Origin: a virus
Virus record (IMG/VR): IMGVR_UViG_3300032046_005540
Coordinates: 1 to 64,000 of that record
DNA length: 64,000 nucleotides
Reading direction: 5' to 3' (one strand)
Of this stretch, positions 9,801-18,300 are shown in pieces. Both the position numbers and the translations under genes were made by a program. Under the pieces are notes generated by a model that saw only the letters and a list, made by a program, of their open reading frames with translations, was not told where the DNA came from and searched no databases. Within the stretch, counting starts at the first letter, position 1, and each line of letters opens with the position of its first letter.

Positions 9801-11167
9801 AATTCTTGCGGTTGCTTCCCTTGCTGTGAAACAAGAATATCAAAAGCAAGCACATCAGTTAAATCTAAACCAGTATTTTTATATTCCATAGCACCAAATT
9901 TCATAATATCTTCTTTTAAAGCAAATTTTAATCCTAATAAAATCTCAGGATTTACCAGTTGAACAAAAGTAGTACCATCCATAGGAACAAATTTAGCGCC
10001 TAATTTTTCTAACTTTGATCTATCTTCAGTTTCAACATAAACTTTTTTTATTTGTTTAGAGGTCAATGCCTCCTTAGCAATTTCTCCGTCTCTTAAATAT
10101 CCATATTTTTCTAAATCAGACCAATCTTTAAAATCTTTATTATATTCTTTTGCTTTTTTTGCAGTTGAAGAATTAAAATAATCATTTGTTACATCAACAT
10201 GCACTTCAACTTCCTCTCCTTCAGCAACTTTCACTAGAGGCAGTAATTCTTGAAATCCTTGTTTTAACATAGAGGCAATTTTTTCTAATTTATATCCTCT
10301 AATATATGCTGGATTTGCTACTACACTTAATTCAAAAAATGAGAGGCCATAATTAATTTCAAAAACTGTAGCAGTTACCATTCTACTTGTTTTTCCGGAA
10401 AGGACTTCTCTTTGATCTGCTTCTCGTTTAAGAACCCATTTTATCCATTCTGGTCTAAGCTTTCCTTCTTTCAGTAAATTTCTAATTTGGTTAGTGGGAA
10501 CTAAAACAGTAGAACCTTTAGAATAAGCAATATGTCCACAATAATCTAATTCTGTTCTAGCCCTATTGCCACAAATACTACAATCGCTAAACTCGATATT
10601 TGTCCCCATACTACAGCCAAGCGAAACATCGGAATCAACTTGGCGGGCAATCGAAGGAGATAATTTTGCGTCTACAGCCATCAACACCTCAATGCTCCCG
10701 TCTTCCTCAGGCTTTCTATTTGCTAAAACTTCCATTCTCTCTTCAGAAGTTAAATCACTCCATTCTCTATTTCCATATTTACTTAAATCAAATCTATTTA
10801 AATAAGCACCAAGTAAAGTTCCAATACTTTTAGTAACGTCATCACTTTGATGCTCCACAAAAGCTTTTTTGTTTATGAAAGAAGTATATCCATATCCTGA
10901 GCGAGAATCTAAAAATTGATCATATGGAAAGCCGTCGTAGTTACAATTTGGGCCATCCACGCACAAATTCCCAATTGCTCTAAAGCGAATGTACCGCATA
11001 TCATTATTATAAGGAGAAATTTTTTGTATTTGAGCTGCGTATTTATGAACAACTTCAGGGAAAACAGACCCCATACTGCAATTCTGACAATTGCTCTTAT
11101 TGCAATTAATACATGAACCCATTTTTCCTGGAGAAGAAAAATATTTAGTTAAAATAACTTTTTTCAT
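6833..11167 (-). CDS. Prohead (capsid maturation) protease fused to a long scaffold region
   Basis: N-terminal FVEH...SIG...SMGT..EFSDCSICGN...CGHI...FEIN.GLSFFELSVVANPA fits an HK97/herpes-assemblin-type protease with a Zn-ribbon insert; about 1100 aa of E/K-rich coiled coil follow; lies just upstream of the capsid genes. Confidence 0.8.
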   Translation of the reverse strand: MKKVILTKYFSSPGKMGSCINCNKSNCQNCSMGSVFPEVVHKYAAQIQKISPYNNDMRYIRFRAIGNLCVDGPNCNYDGFPYDQFLDSRSGYGYTSFINKKAFVEHQSDDVTKSIGTLLGAYLNRFDLSKYGNREWSDLTSEERMEVLANRKPEEDGSIEVLMAVDAKLSPSIARQVDSDVSLGCSMGTNIEFSDCSICGNRARTELDYCGHIAYSKGSTVLVPTNQIRNLLKEGKLRPEWIKWVLKREADQREVLSGKTSRMVTATVFEINYGLSFFELSVVANPAYIRGYKLEKIASMLKQGFQELLPLVKVAEGEEVEVHVDVTNDYFNSSTAKKAKEYNKDFKDWSDLEKYGYLRDGEIAKEALTSKQIKKVYVETEDRSKLEKLGAKFVPMDGTTFVQLVNPEILLGLKFALKEDIMKFGAMEYKNTGLDLTDVLAFDILVSQQGKQPQELVDNMYEQAGGDEKKLRVINDWVKMLQTKYKVVPREYKLEKKEIKNIEEGEKGMVEKKKAVYRSLPPTVEDMKEFVLANMFMKTAGMLGSKSFGEWLNLIKGAWNNFGDLTQILKDLQETYEYIKDLGKNFPEEEIRIGGLLSLIDRVKKRLEEFDAELVTAKTAVYDGLPSTAEDIKDEGIDIEKTEIKSWKGMSEKGDKMVEKEKESRSPGVIFLKDEVSAAKVVRDTKKAVQELKLQVEATLKKLTGELPPGLKEYMERKREEKGGEREPGEKPKEEGFERKEEKPEGEKKPELKPGEKVEEKKPENVKEVLQNAITDLKEVHEDLEKVEEKLEGEAEKPLASVLKGNKRYGRHLQFAVEEALREAKPVIEDAQEAVEEAEKIITDTIKNLEKVEKPKEKEFGKEKEFEKPKEEEKFKEKGEGGENVAKKIEDVIAGANSIKKASDQLRQMFDKEATSFPPTGARDPGDYGEPPVAKELSTWKGFNQEYEKMKGKEKRTEFDTPEGRVDLLTGVVAKLFINREKRGDAYWLVTKEGSNFAMKSTFADVAGNDNLTEENFKKFCSNSYKLLILKTVSSKGLDDVRREMFGSWVKVVRKTAKKSAGEWDRLVRGAWNDQNKLAQILDDLREDYNYEKGYAEVTPQQEVVIGALESLIDRVAERLGVSEAVEESVSEKYTPSYASKKRKTAAPFEGREITTIPKGLYDSHEGEKDSGKARPGVEAVDAPKVAGDKKYFTEAFGDSGYAGELTKAKVAAIVKENENLRKKVKALEEDRIAEALAKRAVDLARKAAAAGVIPFDTDSVTEKAQEYSELDDRGFKAVEDTLNVLPVVNAKALKAYQIPEAENVNSGIVYDATESVRDEKEGKHPDQLKLDNMKDDVESAAKLSKKADIGLTEEGEVIPPVQEKSRFERPAIVEEETTEEELTADVKERIRKKASVVPQLHKATADLESTNRVPDFSGRFTTIENTLRKKGIEYAPKVHYYKR

Positions 11168-12147
11168 ATCAAATTTCCTAATTTATTTTTTACTTCTTCT
11201 GTATTTTTTAAAATATCACTTTCCCAAAATCTTAAAAGAATAAAATTACTAGTTTTAGCTAATTTTTCTTTAATAAAGTCTTTTTGTTTTGTTTCTTTTT
11301 GATGTTTATTTAATTTTTGAAATTTTTTAGGATTACCATGCCAGTAATCTCCATCTACCTCTATTAAAATATTAGTATTTAGAATGTGAAAGTCATAAAG
11401 GCAATTTTTAATTCTAAACTGATGTTCAAAAGGAATGTTTAGTTCATTTAGAATTTCTTTCATTTTTAATTCAGGTCCAGTGTTTTTATAAAGGCCAAGG
11501 TGAGTTTGAAGTTGAAATATAGTACATTCACTTTGATTCTTAAAAACTCGTAAATTTTCAACCCTATTATCATTTTCTATTCCATTTATATGATAAACTA
11601 CTACAGTTGGATCTAAAAATTTACCTTCAAAGCCTTTCACTTCAATTAAAAACTCAGAATTAGGATCATGCTCTTTTAAATAATTCTCCATTACTAAACG
11701 ATGTTCCAAAATACGATCACTACCACTACATATATAAGCAAATGGATGAGTCTTTTTTTCTAAAAAAATAAGAATACGCCCATGCCCATCTTTAATTTTG
11801 CCATTTTTATAATTTGGAGCTCTTTTACCTGTTCTACCAAATATAGGATGGTTTTCACCGCACAGTTCCCCTCTTATAACAAAATTATTTTGTTTTCCAA
11901 GTTGTTTACAAGACTCAGTAGCAGCTGCTTCCTTATTATTTCTTGTTTTGCCCCATTTGTTAACTATTTTACAAATAACCCCTTGACTACAATTCAACTT
12001 TCTGGCTAATGTATAAGTACTAATTTCTTCCACTCTATATTGTCTTTCAATTTCTTTTTCTTGTAAATCTAAAAATTTACGTATACCAGTATTTGCCCTT
12101 CTTTCGTGTTTTCCTTTAAACATTTTATATATTCTCTCCCAAATCAA
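11164..12147 (-). CDS. Homing endonuclease with HNH-like and Vsr/DUF559-like domains (true start probably 12123)
   Basis: EHRLVME...VYHINGIENDNRVENL (HNH-type) followed by TGPELKMK...LIEVDGDYWHGNP...LLRFWESDI. Confidence 0.75.
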   Translation of the reverse strand: MIWERIYKMFKGKHERRANTGIRKFLDLQEKEIERQYRVEEISTYTLARKLNCSQGVICKIVNKWGKTRNNKEAAATESCKQLGKQNNFVIRGELCGENHPIFGRTGKRAPNYKNGKIKDGHGRILIFLEKKTHPFAYICSGSDRILEHRLVMENYLKEHDPNSEFLIEVKGFEGKFLDPTVVVYHINGIENDNRVENLRVFKNQSECTIFQLQTHLGLYKNTGPELKMKEILNELNIPFEHQFRIKNCLYDFHILNTNILIEVDGDYWHGNPKKFQKLNKHQKETKQKDFIKEKLAKTSNFILLRFWESDILKNTEEVKNKLGNLI

Positions 12148-13018
12148 CTTTCTCCTCCAACGGTACTTCTTTTGTCATACCTCCTTCAACAGGAACAGCA
12201 CTTTCAGTGGGCCCAATTAATTCTATATCACTTATAAAATCAGATCCAAAATCCTTTCCGTCCACAGTCATCCAAAATGCCAACTCTGTTCCAACCTTAA
12301 CTACTTTAGCTTCCTTTTTTGAAGAAGTTAAAATTTTATCTCCAACAGCTAATTTTTTAGGAGTTTTAGTAGAGGATTCTGTTCCTAAATGAACATGTAA
12401 AAAATTACCACTAATTTCCCAAATCCCTTTATCTTCATCAACAACTTCAAGTCCATCACCAGATTCAGCATACTCATCTCTTATTAATCTTTTATGTATT
12501 TTTTGAAGAGCTTCTTCTAAAGAAGACGCTGAAGTTATATAAGTTTGTAATCTTTCTCCATAATCAGAATCTTCCAAAATTCCTACATATTTCTTATTAA
12601 TTACAGCTAATTTTTTAGGAGTTTTAGTAGAAGCAATTGCAATAAGATATTCTTCAATTTGTTCTTTCAAGAATTTAGATGGTTCATCGTCTCTTTTAGA
12701 AAGAAACCTCCGTAAAAATTTTAATATTTCTTTATTTACACCATCTCTTATTCCTCCATAGAAATCTTCAGCTTGTTGTGCAGCCTCTTGACCTAAAGAA
12801 GAAGCAATATCAGCTATCAATTTTTTCTCTTCAGAAAATAAAAGAGCTCTCTTCCTCATACTTAATTTTGAAGTTGGTAAAACCGAAGGGTCGTGATCTT
12901 CGGATTTCTTTACATCTGATTCTGGAGGAAAAATAAGTTTTTGAAAATCTTTTGATAAAGGTTTTTTTGTAAAATCCCGCGTATCCCGTTCATATTCAGT
13001 AAAATCTTTTTTTGGCAT
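12125..13018 (-). CDS. Motif-punctuated small polyprotein-like ORF (KLSMRKRA plus two STKTPKKLAV)
   Basis: Motifs seen in the translation; first gene of the head operon; AGGAG RBS. Confidence 0.6.
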   Translation of the reverse strand: MPKKDFTEYERDTRDFTKKPLSKDFQKLIFPPESDVKKSEDHDPSVLPTSKLSMRKRALLFSEEKKLIADIASSLGQEAAQQAEDFYGGIRDGVNKEILKFLRRFLSKRDDEPSKFLKEQIEEYLIAIASTKTPKKLAVINKKYVGILEDSDYGERLQTYITSASSLEEALQKIHKRLIRDEYAESGDGLEVVDEDKGIWEISGNFLHVHLGTESSTKTPKKLAVGDKILTSSKKEAKVVKVGTELAFWMTVDGKDFGSDFISDIELIGPTESAVPVEGGMTKEVPLEEKVDLGENI

Positions 13019-13042
13019 ATTTTGTTCTCCTATTTAATAAAA

Positions 13043-13082
13043 ATAAAAAAAGCAGGTAACCTATAAAAGCATTACCTGCTTT
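13043..13082 (-). terminator. Intrinsic terminator in the leader of the head operon
   Basis: Minus strand AAAGCAGGTAA-tgcttttatagg-TTACCTGCTTT followed by a T run. Confidence 0.7.
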
Positions 13083-13140
13083 GAGTTCTTCTCAAAAGCT
13101 TGGTTATTAAAACAAAAAAATTCCCAAACGGATACTATAC

Positions 13141-13180
13141 TCTATTATCTATTATGTTACTTTTTTGTAAAAAATGTAAC
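13141..13180 (-). promoter_or_regulatory. Putative class-II (late?) promoter GTWWCA-N-GTAWCATAATAGATAATAGA, copy 1
   Basis: 40-nt intergenic element nearly identical to 23839-23878. Confidence 0.55.
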
Positions 13181-13183
13181 CTT

Positions 13184-13696
13184 TTACCTTCCACAGCACT
13201 TTTTATATTTTTTATTTGAACCACAAAGACAAGGCTCGTTTCTGCCAATTTTTTCTATCACTTTAATAGGCTTTTGCATTCGGTCAAAGAAAAGAATACC
13301 ATTCATGTGGTCAACTTCGTGCTGAATTAAGACAGGCAGTATACCATCTGTTTTAACATCTACTATGAATCTACCCATACTTTCGTCCTGAACGTCTATT
13401 GATCCGTGCCTCAAAGTATTTTTAAATATCTTCGGAAAACTCAGGCAACCTTCTCCCTTAAATACAAATTCATTTTGTTTTCCTAGAATAACTGGATTTA
13501 ACATTTTAAAAACCTTATTCCCCAATTTAATTAAAGCTACTCTTTTAGGAATTCCAATTTGAATAGCACTCAAAGCTACTTCTTTTTGCTCATCTAAATA
13601 TTGCTCAAGCTTCTTCCAAATTTCTTGAGCCTCTTCAAAAGTTGCCACGCTACTTACTTGTCTTAAAACTTTTTCATCTGTAATTATCTGTTCCAT
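13184..13696 (-). CDS. def: Peptide deformylase with C-terminal SEC-C motif
   Basis: ALSAIQIG, EGCLSFP and QHEVDHMNG motifs; KIGRNEPCLCGSNKKYKKCC. Confidence 0.93.
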   Translation of the reverse strand: MEQIITDEKVLRQVSSVATFEEAQEIWKKLEQYLDEQKEVALSAIQIGIPKRVALIKLGNKVFKMLNPVILGKQNEFVFKGEGCLSFPKIFKNTLRHGSIDVQDESMGRFIVDVKTDGILPVLIQHEVDHMNGILFFDRMQKPIKVIEKIGRNEPCLCGSNKKYKKCCGR

Positions 13697-14505
13697 ATAT
13701 TCTCCAAATCTTTAATAATCTTTTCTTCATTTTTTAAAATATCACTTTCCCAAAATCTTAGAAGAATAAAATTACTTTCTTTTGCTAATTTTTCTTTAAT
13801 AATATCTTTTTGTTTAACTTCTATTTGTGTAGTATTTAATTTACTATATTTTTCAGGATTTCCATGATAATAATCTCCATCAACTTCTATTAAAATATTT
13901 GTATTTAAAATATGAAAGTCAAAAAGACGATTACTCAATTTAAATTGATGTTTAAAAAGAATATTAAGAGAACTTAAAATTTCTTTCATTTTAAGTTCTG
14001 GTTTGGTGTCTTTAAAAGGACCTGAGTTATTTTGAATACGAAATAAAACTTTTTCTCTTATTTTTTGTTTTGTTTCTTCATAACAAGGCCTATGCTTACC
14101 ATAATTAGGATTGTTTTTACCTTTACTTAATTCCCTTAACTTTTTTCTCGTTTTTTCAAGTTGTAAAGATTCTCTACAAGTCCTTAAAATAAATCCATTT
14201 CTTCTAATAATACCTCGAATAGTTGACTTATTACAATTCCATCTTTTACCTAAAACTATAGTACTCGGCTTTTCTTCCGAAAAATAATCATTACAAATTT
14301 GTAATTCTTGCTCTTTTGTAAATACACATATTTTTCTTTTATGTTCTTCAGAAAGAGGAATATTTTTATGTGATTCACTAAGATTTCTTTTATGTTCTTC
14401 AGAAAAAGGAGTATGATTATCAAAATTCGGATTTTTTTCACCTGTCAACGCTTTACTTACTTTTCTTTTATGTTCTTCTGTTTGTTTATAACCTTTCTTA
14501 GGCAT
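13684..14505 (-). CDS. Free-standing homing endonuclease: NUMOD3 + HTH + Vsr/DUF559-like nuclease
   Basis: Several SEEHKRK motifs; C-terminal domain nearly identical to 2784-3575 and 11164-12147. Confidence 0.8.
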   Translation of the reverse strand: MPKKGYKQTEEHKRKVSKALTGEKNPNFDNHTPFSEEHKRNLSESHKNIPLSEEHKRKICVFTKEQELQICNDYFSEEKPSTIVLGKRWNCNKSTIRGIIRRNGFILRTCRESLQLEKTRKKLRELSKGKNNPNYGKHRPCYEETKQKIREKVLFRIQNNSGPFKDTKPELKMKEILSSLNILFKHQFKLSNRLFDFHILNTNILIEVDGDYYHGNPEKYSKLNTTQIEVKQKDIIKEKLAKESNFILLRFWESDILKNEEKIIKDLENIWNR

Positions 14506-14522
14506 AACTCAATTCCTTTCAA

Positions 14523-15329
14523 CTACTTCCAATTTATCATCTTTTTTTGATTTGGTAAACATTTTACTAAACCCCCTGAAACTAACTTTTCTTTTATTTC
14601 TTTCCTTAATTGGTAAATTCTAGCAACTTTAACATTAAAAAGACTTGCTACTTCTTTTGGCGACAATTGTTTATAATCAGAATTTTTGAACCCTACTAAA
14701 TAAAGGACAATATTAAGTTCTTTCGGTGTGAGTAGTTTTTTCAATTCTAAAATTAAATATTCCTCATTTGTTTTCTCAACTAAGACATCTTCTGGAGTAT
14801 AATAATCAATAATCCCAAATTTTCGTTCAAAATCAGGAATCTCACTTAATGCTTCAAGGGACAAAAATTCAAATTGCCTCTGTTCTAATTCATCTCTTTC
14901 TTTTCTTTCTAACTTGGTTGGATCCTGAATCAACTTCCAAAATGCTCTTTTTTTAGATTCAGGTAAAGGAATATTTGAAGGTTTCTTATTTAATGCTATT
15001 AAAATTCTTCGCTTTACATAAGGAAATGCAAAAGTTGTAAATCTTGTATGCGGTTCATAATAAGGATCAAATCCCTCCAAAGCATCACATAATCCAAAAT
15101 ATCCTTCCTGAATTAAATCTTCTAAAGATAATCCCATTCCTTCATATTTTTTAGCAATGCTTAATACAATGCGAAGAGAAGCAAATACTAATTTTTTAAA
15201 ACATTCATCTATAAGAAAAGGATCTACTGATCCTTGAATTGTAATAACACAATCTGATTCTTCCTCTTTACTTAATTTAGGAATCAAAACATTGGTTTTT
15301 AAAAATAACTCAAACGTTTTATCATTCAC
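14523..15329 (-). CDS. RNA polymerase sigma-70 family factor
   Basis: LRIVLSIAKKYEGMGLSLEDLIQEGYFGL.DA...FDP...RFTTFA.PY (region 2); LTPKE...LSPKEVASLFNVKVARIYQL (region 4). Confidence 0.9.
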   Translation of the reverse strand: MNDKTFELFLKTNVLIPKLSKEEESDCVITIQGSVDPFLIDECFKKLVFASLRIVLSIAKKYEGMGLSLEDLIQEGYFGLCDALEGFDPYYEPHTRFTTFAFPYVKRRILIALNKKPSNIPLPESKKRAFWKLIQDPTKLERKERDELEQRQFEFLSLEALSEIPDFERKFGIIDYYTPEDVLVEKTNEEYLILELKKLLTPKELNIVLYLVGFKNSDYKQLSPKEVASLFNVKVARIYQLRKEIKEKLVSGGLVKCLPNQKKMINWK

Positions 15330-18300
15330 GACTTCCTTCTTTTCTCATACTTAATCTATTTGCTATAATACCTCTACTAATTACTTCTTTAGCTTGTTCT
15401 ATTTCTTCTTTAGAAACATCTGTTTTCTTATCACTTACTATATCCCAGATTTCATCTTCAGTGTATTTACTTAACAAAGTAGAATATTCTGGATATAAAA
15501 TATCTGGAATAGTTTCCTTCGAAGGTTCATCCAATTCTAATTCTTCATCTTCAATAGTTATCTTAGAAGGAAGCCAATCTGGAAGTTTCGAATCTGGTTT
15601 TACCTTTGTTTTTGGTTTTACTTTTTGTTTTACTTTTACTTTTGGTTTTATACTTTCTTTTGTTTTTTGTCGCATTTCTTCAACAACCATTCCAAATTCT
15701 TCACTTTTTTCATTATCAAATATTTTATATGATCTCTTCCATCCTTCATAGCGCTCCATAGGTTCAATTAAGGTCACCTTTTCAGATTTTAAATCTTTTA
15801 AAACTTGATTATACATTTCTTTTCCTCTAGATATAATACCCCAAGAAGCGTAATCCATTCCATCACGTAATTCTCCTGAAGGATCAGTATTTACTAAATT
15901 TTCTGTAAAATTTGAAAATTTATCTACAAAATTTTTCCATTCTGGTTCTGGAACTACTTTTTCAATTTTATTTGAATCTTTTCCTATTTGATCTATATAA
16001 TTCCAAAATTCAATATCAGACATAACTGCTTCTTTCCGCATTCCTAACTTAGCTGTTTTAAAAGCCTCAAAAAACTGAGCCAAAGCTGGTTTTATCCATT
16101 CATTAACTAAATTATTTACTATAAACCTAGTAATTGGTTTTCCTTTACTTTTAAATCCTTCTTTATTTAAAGTCTCTGCTATTTGTTCGTGAGTATTATC
16201 TTCAATCTTTAAATCAAATATTCTTAATATCATATCTTCAAGTTCTGGATTTTTTGTATGAATATAACTTTGAAGATTTTCTCGGGCACTATTTATAGTC
16301 ATTTGAACTAAAGGATGAGATTTATCTTCTAAAGTTTCTCCTAAAGTTATATCTTCTCCAGTTGGTTCTTCTGTAGATACTTCTTTTTGTTTTTCTTCAT
16401 ATTCTTTTTTTCTAGTCCCTCTTCTTAAAAAATTATAAACAGCGGTTGTTAAAAACGTTGAAAAAGCTCCTTTTGAAGAATCATATTGAGGAATTACTCT
16501 ATTTAACATCTCAACTTTAATATCGGACAAGGTATCTTGAAAATCATCACTTCCAGGAGTTAACCCCCACTTTATAAGAGAAGAAGCTATTAAACTTTCA
16601 TTTTCTTCAATAACTTTAGCAATAGCATCCTTATCTCCTTGTTGTGCTTTTTGAATAGTTTCAGGAGCGCTTTGAGCAGTTTTTCTCATACTTAATCTAT
16701 TAGCAATATCTTTTCGACTACCTTTAATTTGTTTTTTAAGAAGTCTTGAAAAAAGAAATTCTAGCTCAACTACATCTGCGTAAGTTAATACAAAACCTCT
16801 TTCATGATGTGCCCACTTTGCTATAACGTCATGGATTTGAGTAATATCTCCTCCATAATGTTCTAACCAGTGTTGAGGACCTCCTTCATATTCTATCCAT
16901 TCAATAAAAGCATTCTTAACCTCATCCCATTGAGCAGTTTTTCTCATACTTAATCTATTTGCTACTATACCTCTACTTATTACTTCTTTAGCTTGTTCTA
17001 TTTCTTCTTCAGAAACATCTGTTTTTTTACCAGAGACGATATCCCAGATTTCGTCCGGAGAGTATTTGTTGAGAAAAGCTGCATAAGGAACTGGAATAGT
17101 TTCTTTTGAGAGATCCCCTTTTTCAGGGTGAATTTCTTCTTCTTCTTCTTCAACTTCTTCTTCTTCAACTTCTTCTATTTCAAGTTCTTCTTCTTCTTCT
17201 TTGTAAAATCCTCGATTTTTTAATCTAACTAAAGCCTCTGGAGGAGTATTTGGATTTTCCAAAAGAGCATAAAGAATTGAGTTACTTTGACTTCTTGCTA
17301 ATTCTGCCAAAGCTTTTGGAGGAGTATTTGGATTTTCTGCTAAAGCTTCACGTATAGGCATATCTCTTCTATTTCTTAATAATTCAACTAAAATCTCTGG
17401 AGGAGTATTTAGATTTCCTGCTAACTCAAAAAGAACAGTCCAATCTTTATCTTTCGCAAGTTCAACTAAAACTTCTATAGGAGTTGAAGGATTTTTTGCA
17501 ATTTGTCTCCTAACATTATAAAGGTGATTTTTTGATAAGTCAACTAAAACTTCTGAAGGAGTATTTGGATTTTCTGCTAAATTTACAGCTTTTTCAATAT
17601 TTTCCCAATATTTTTTATCTTCTTTTTCTTTTTTAATTCTTTCTTCTCTTTGTTCTTTTGTCTCTTTTTCTTCTTCTTTTTTTCTTTTTTCTTCTTTTAA
17701 TTTTTTAACTTCCTCATAAAAAGCATTCCACTTTTCTCTAGTCCATACTTTAGGGTTCTGTCCTTTCTCAATCAATTGATCCATTAACTTACCACCAACA
17801 TCTTCGCGTAGTTTTTTCTCAAATTCTTTTCTTTTTTCTTTCATTCTTTTATACTTTTGTTCTATATATTCCCCGCGATCTTGTAATTTTGCTAAAGTTT
17901 CAGGAGGAGTTGAAGGATTTTCCATAAGTGCATGAAGAACATTCCAATTTCTTTTTGATAATTCAATTAATGCTAATTCTGCTAAAGCTTTTGGAGGAGT
18001 ATTTGGATTTTCTGCTAAAGCTAGGCGAACATCTAAATTTTTATCTTCAACTAACTTAGTTAAAGCCTCTGGAGGAGTATTTGGATTTCCTGCTAAAGCT
18101 TCACGTATATTCCAGTCACTATTATTAACTAATTCTGCTAAAGCTTTTGGAGGAGTATTTGGATTTTCTGCAATTTTTAATTTTTCTGCTTGTCTTTTTT
18201 TATATTCTTCCCAACCGTTTGCAGTTTTTCTCATACTTAATCTATTTGCTACTATACCTCTACTTATTACTTCTTTAGCTTGTTCTATTTCTTCTTCAGA

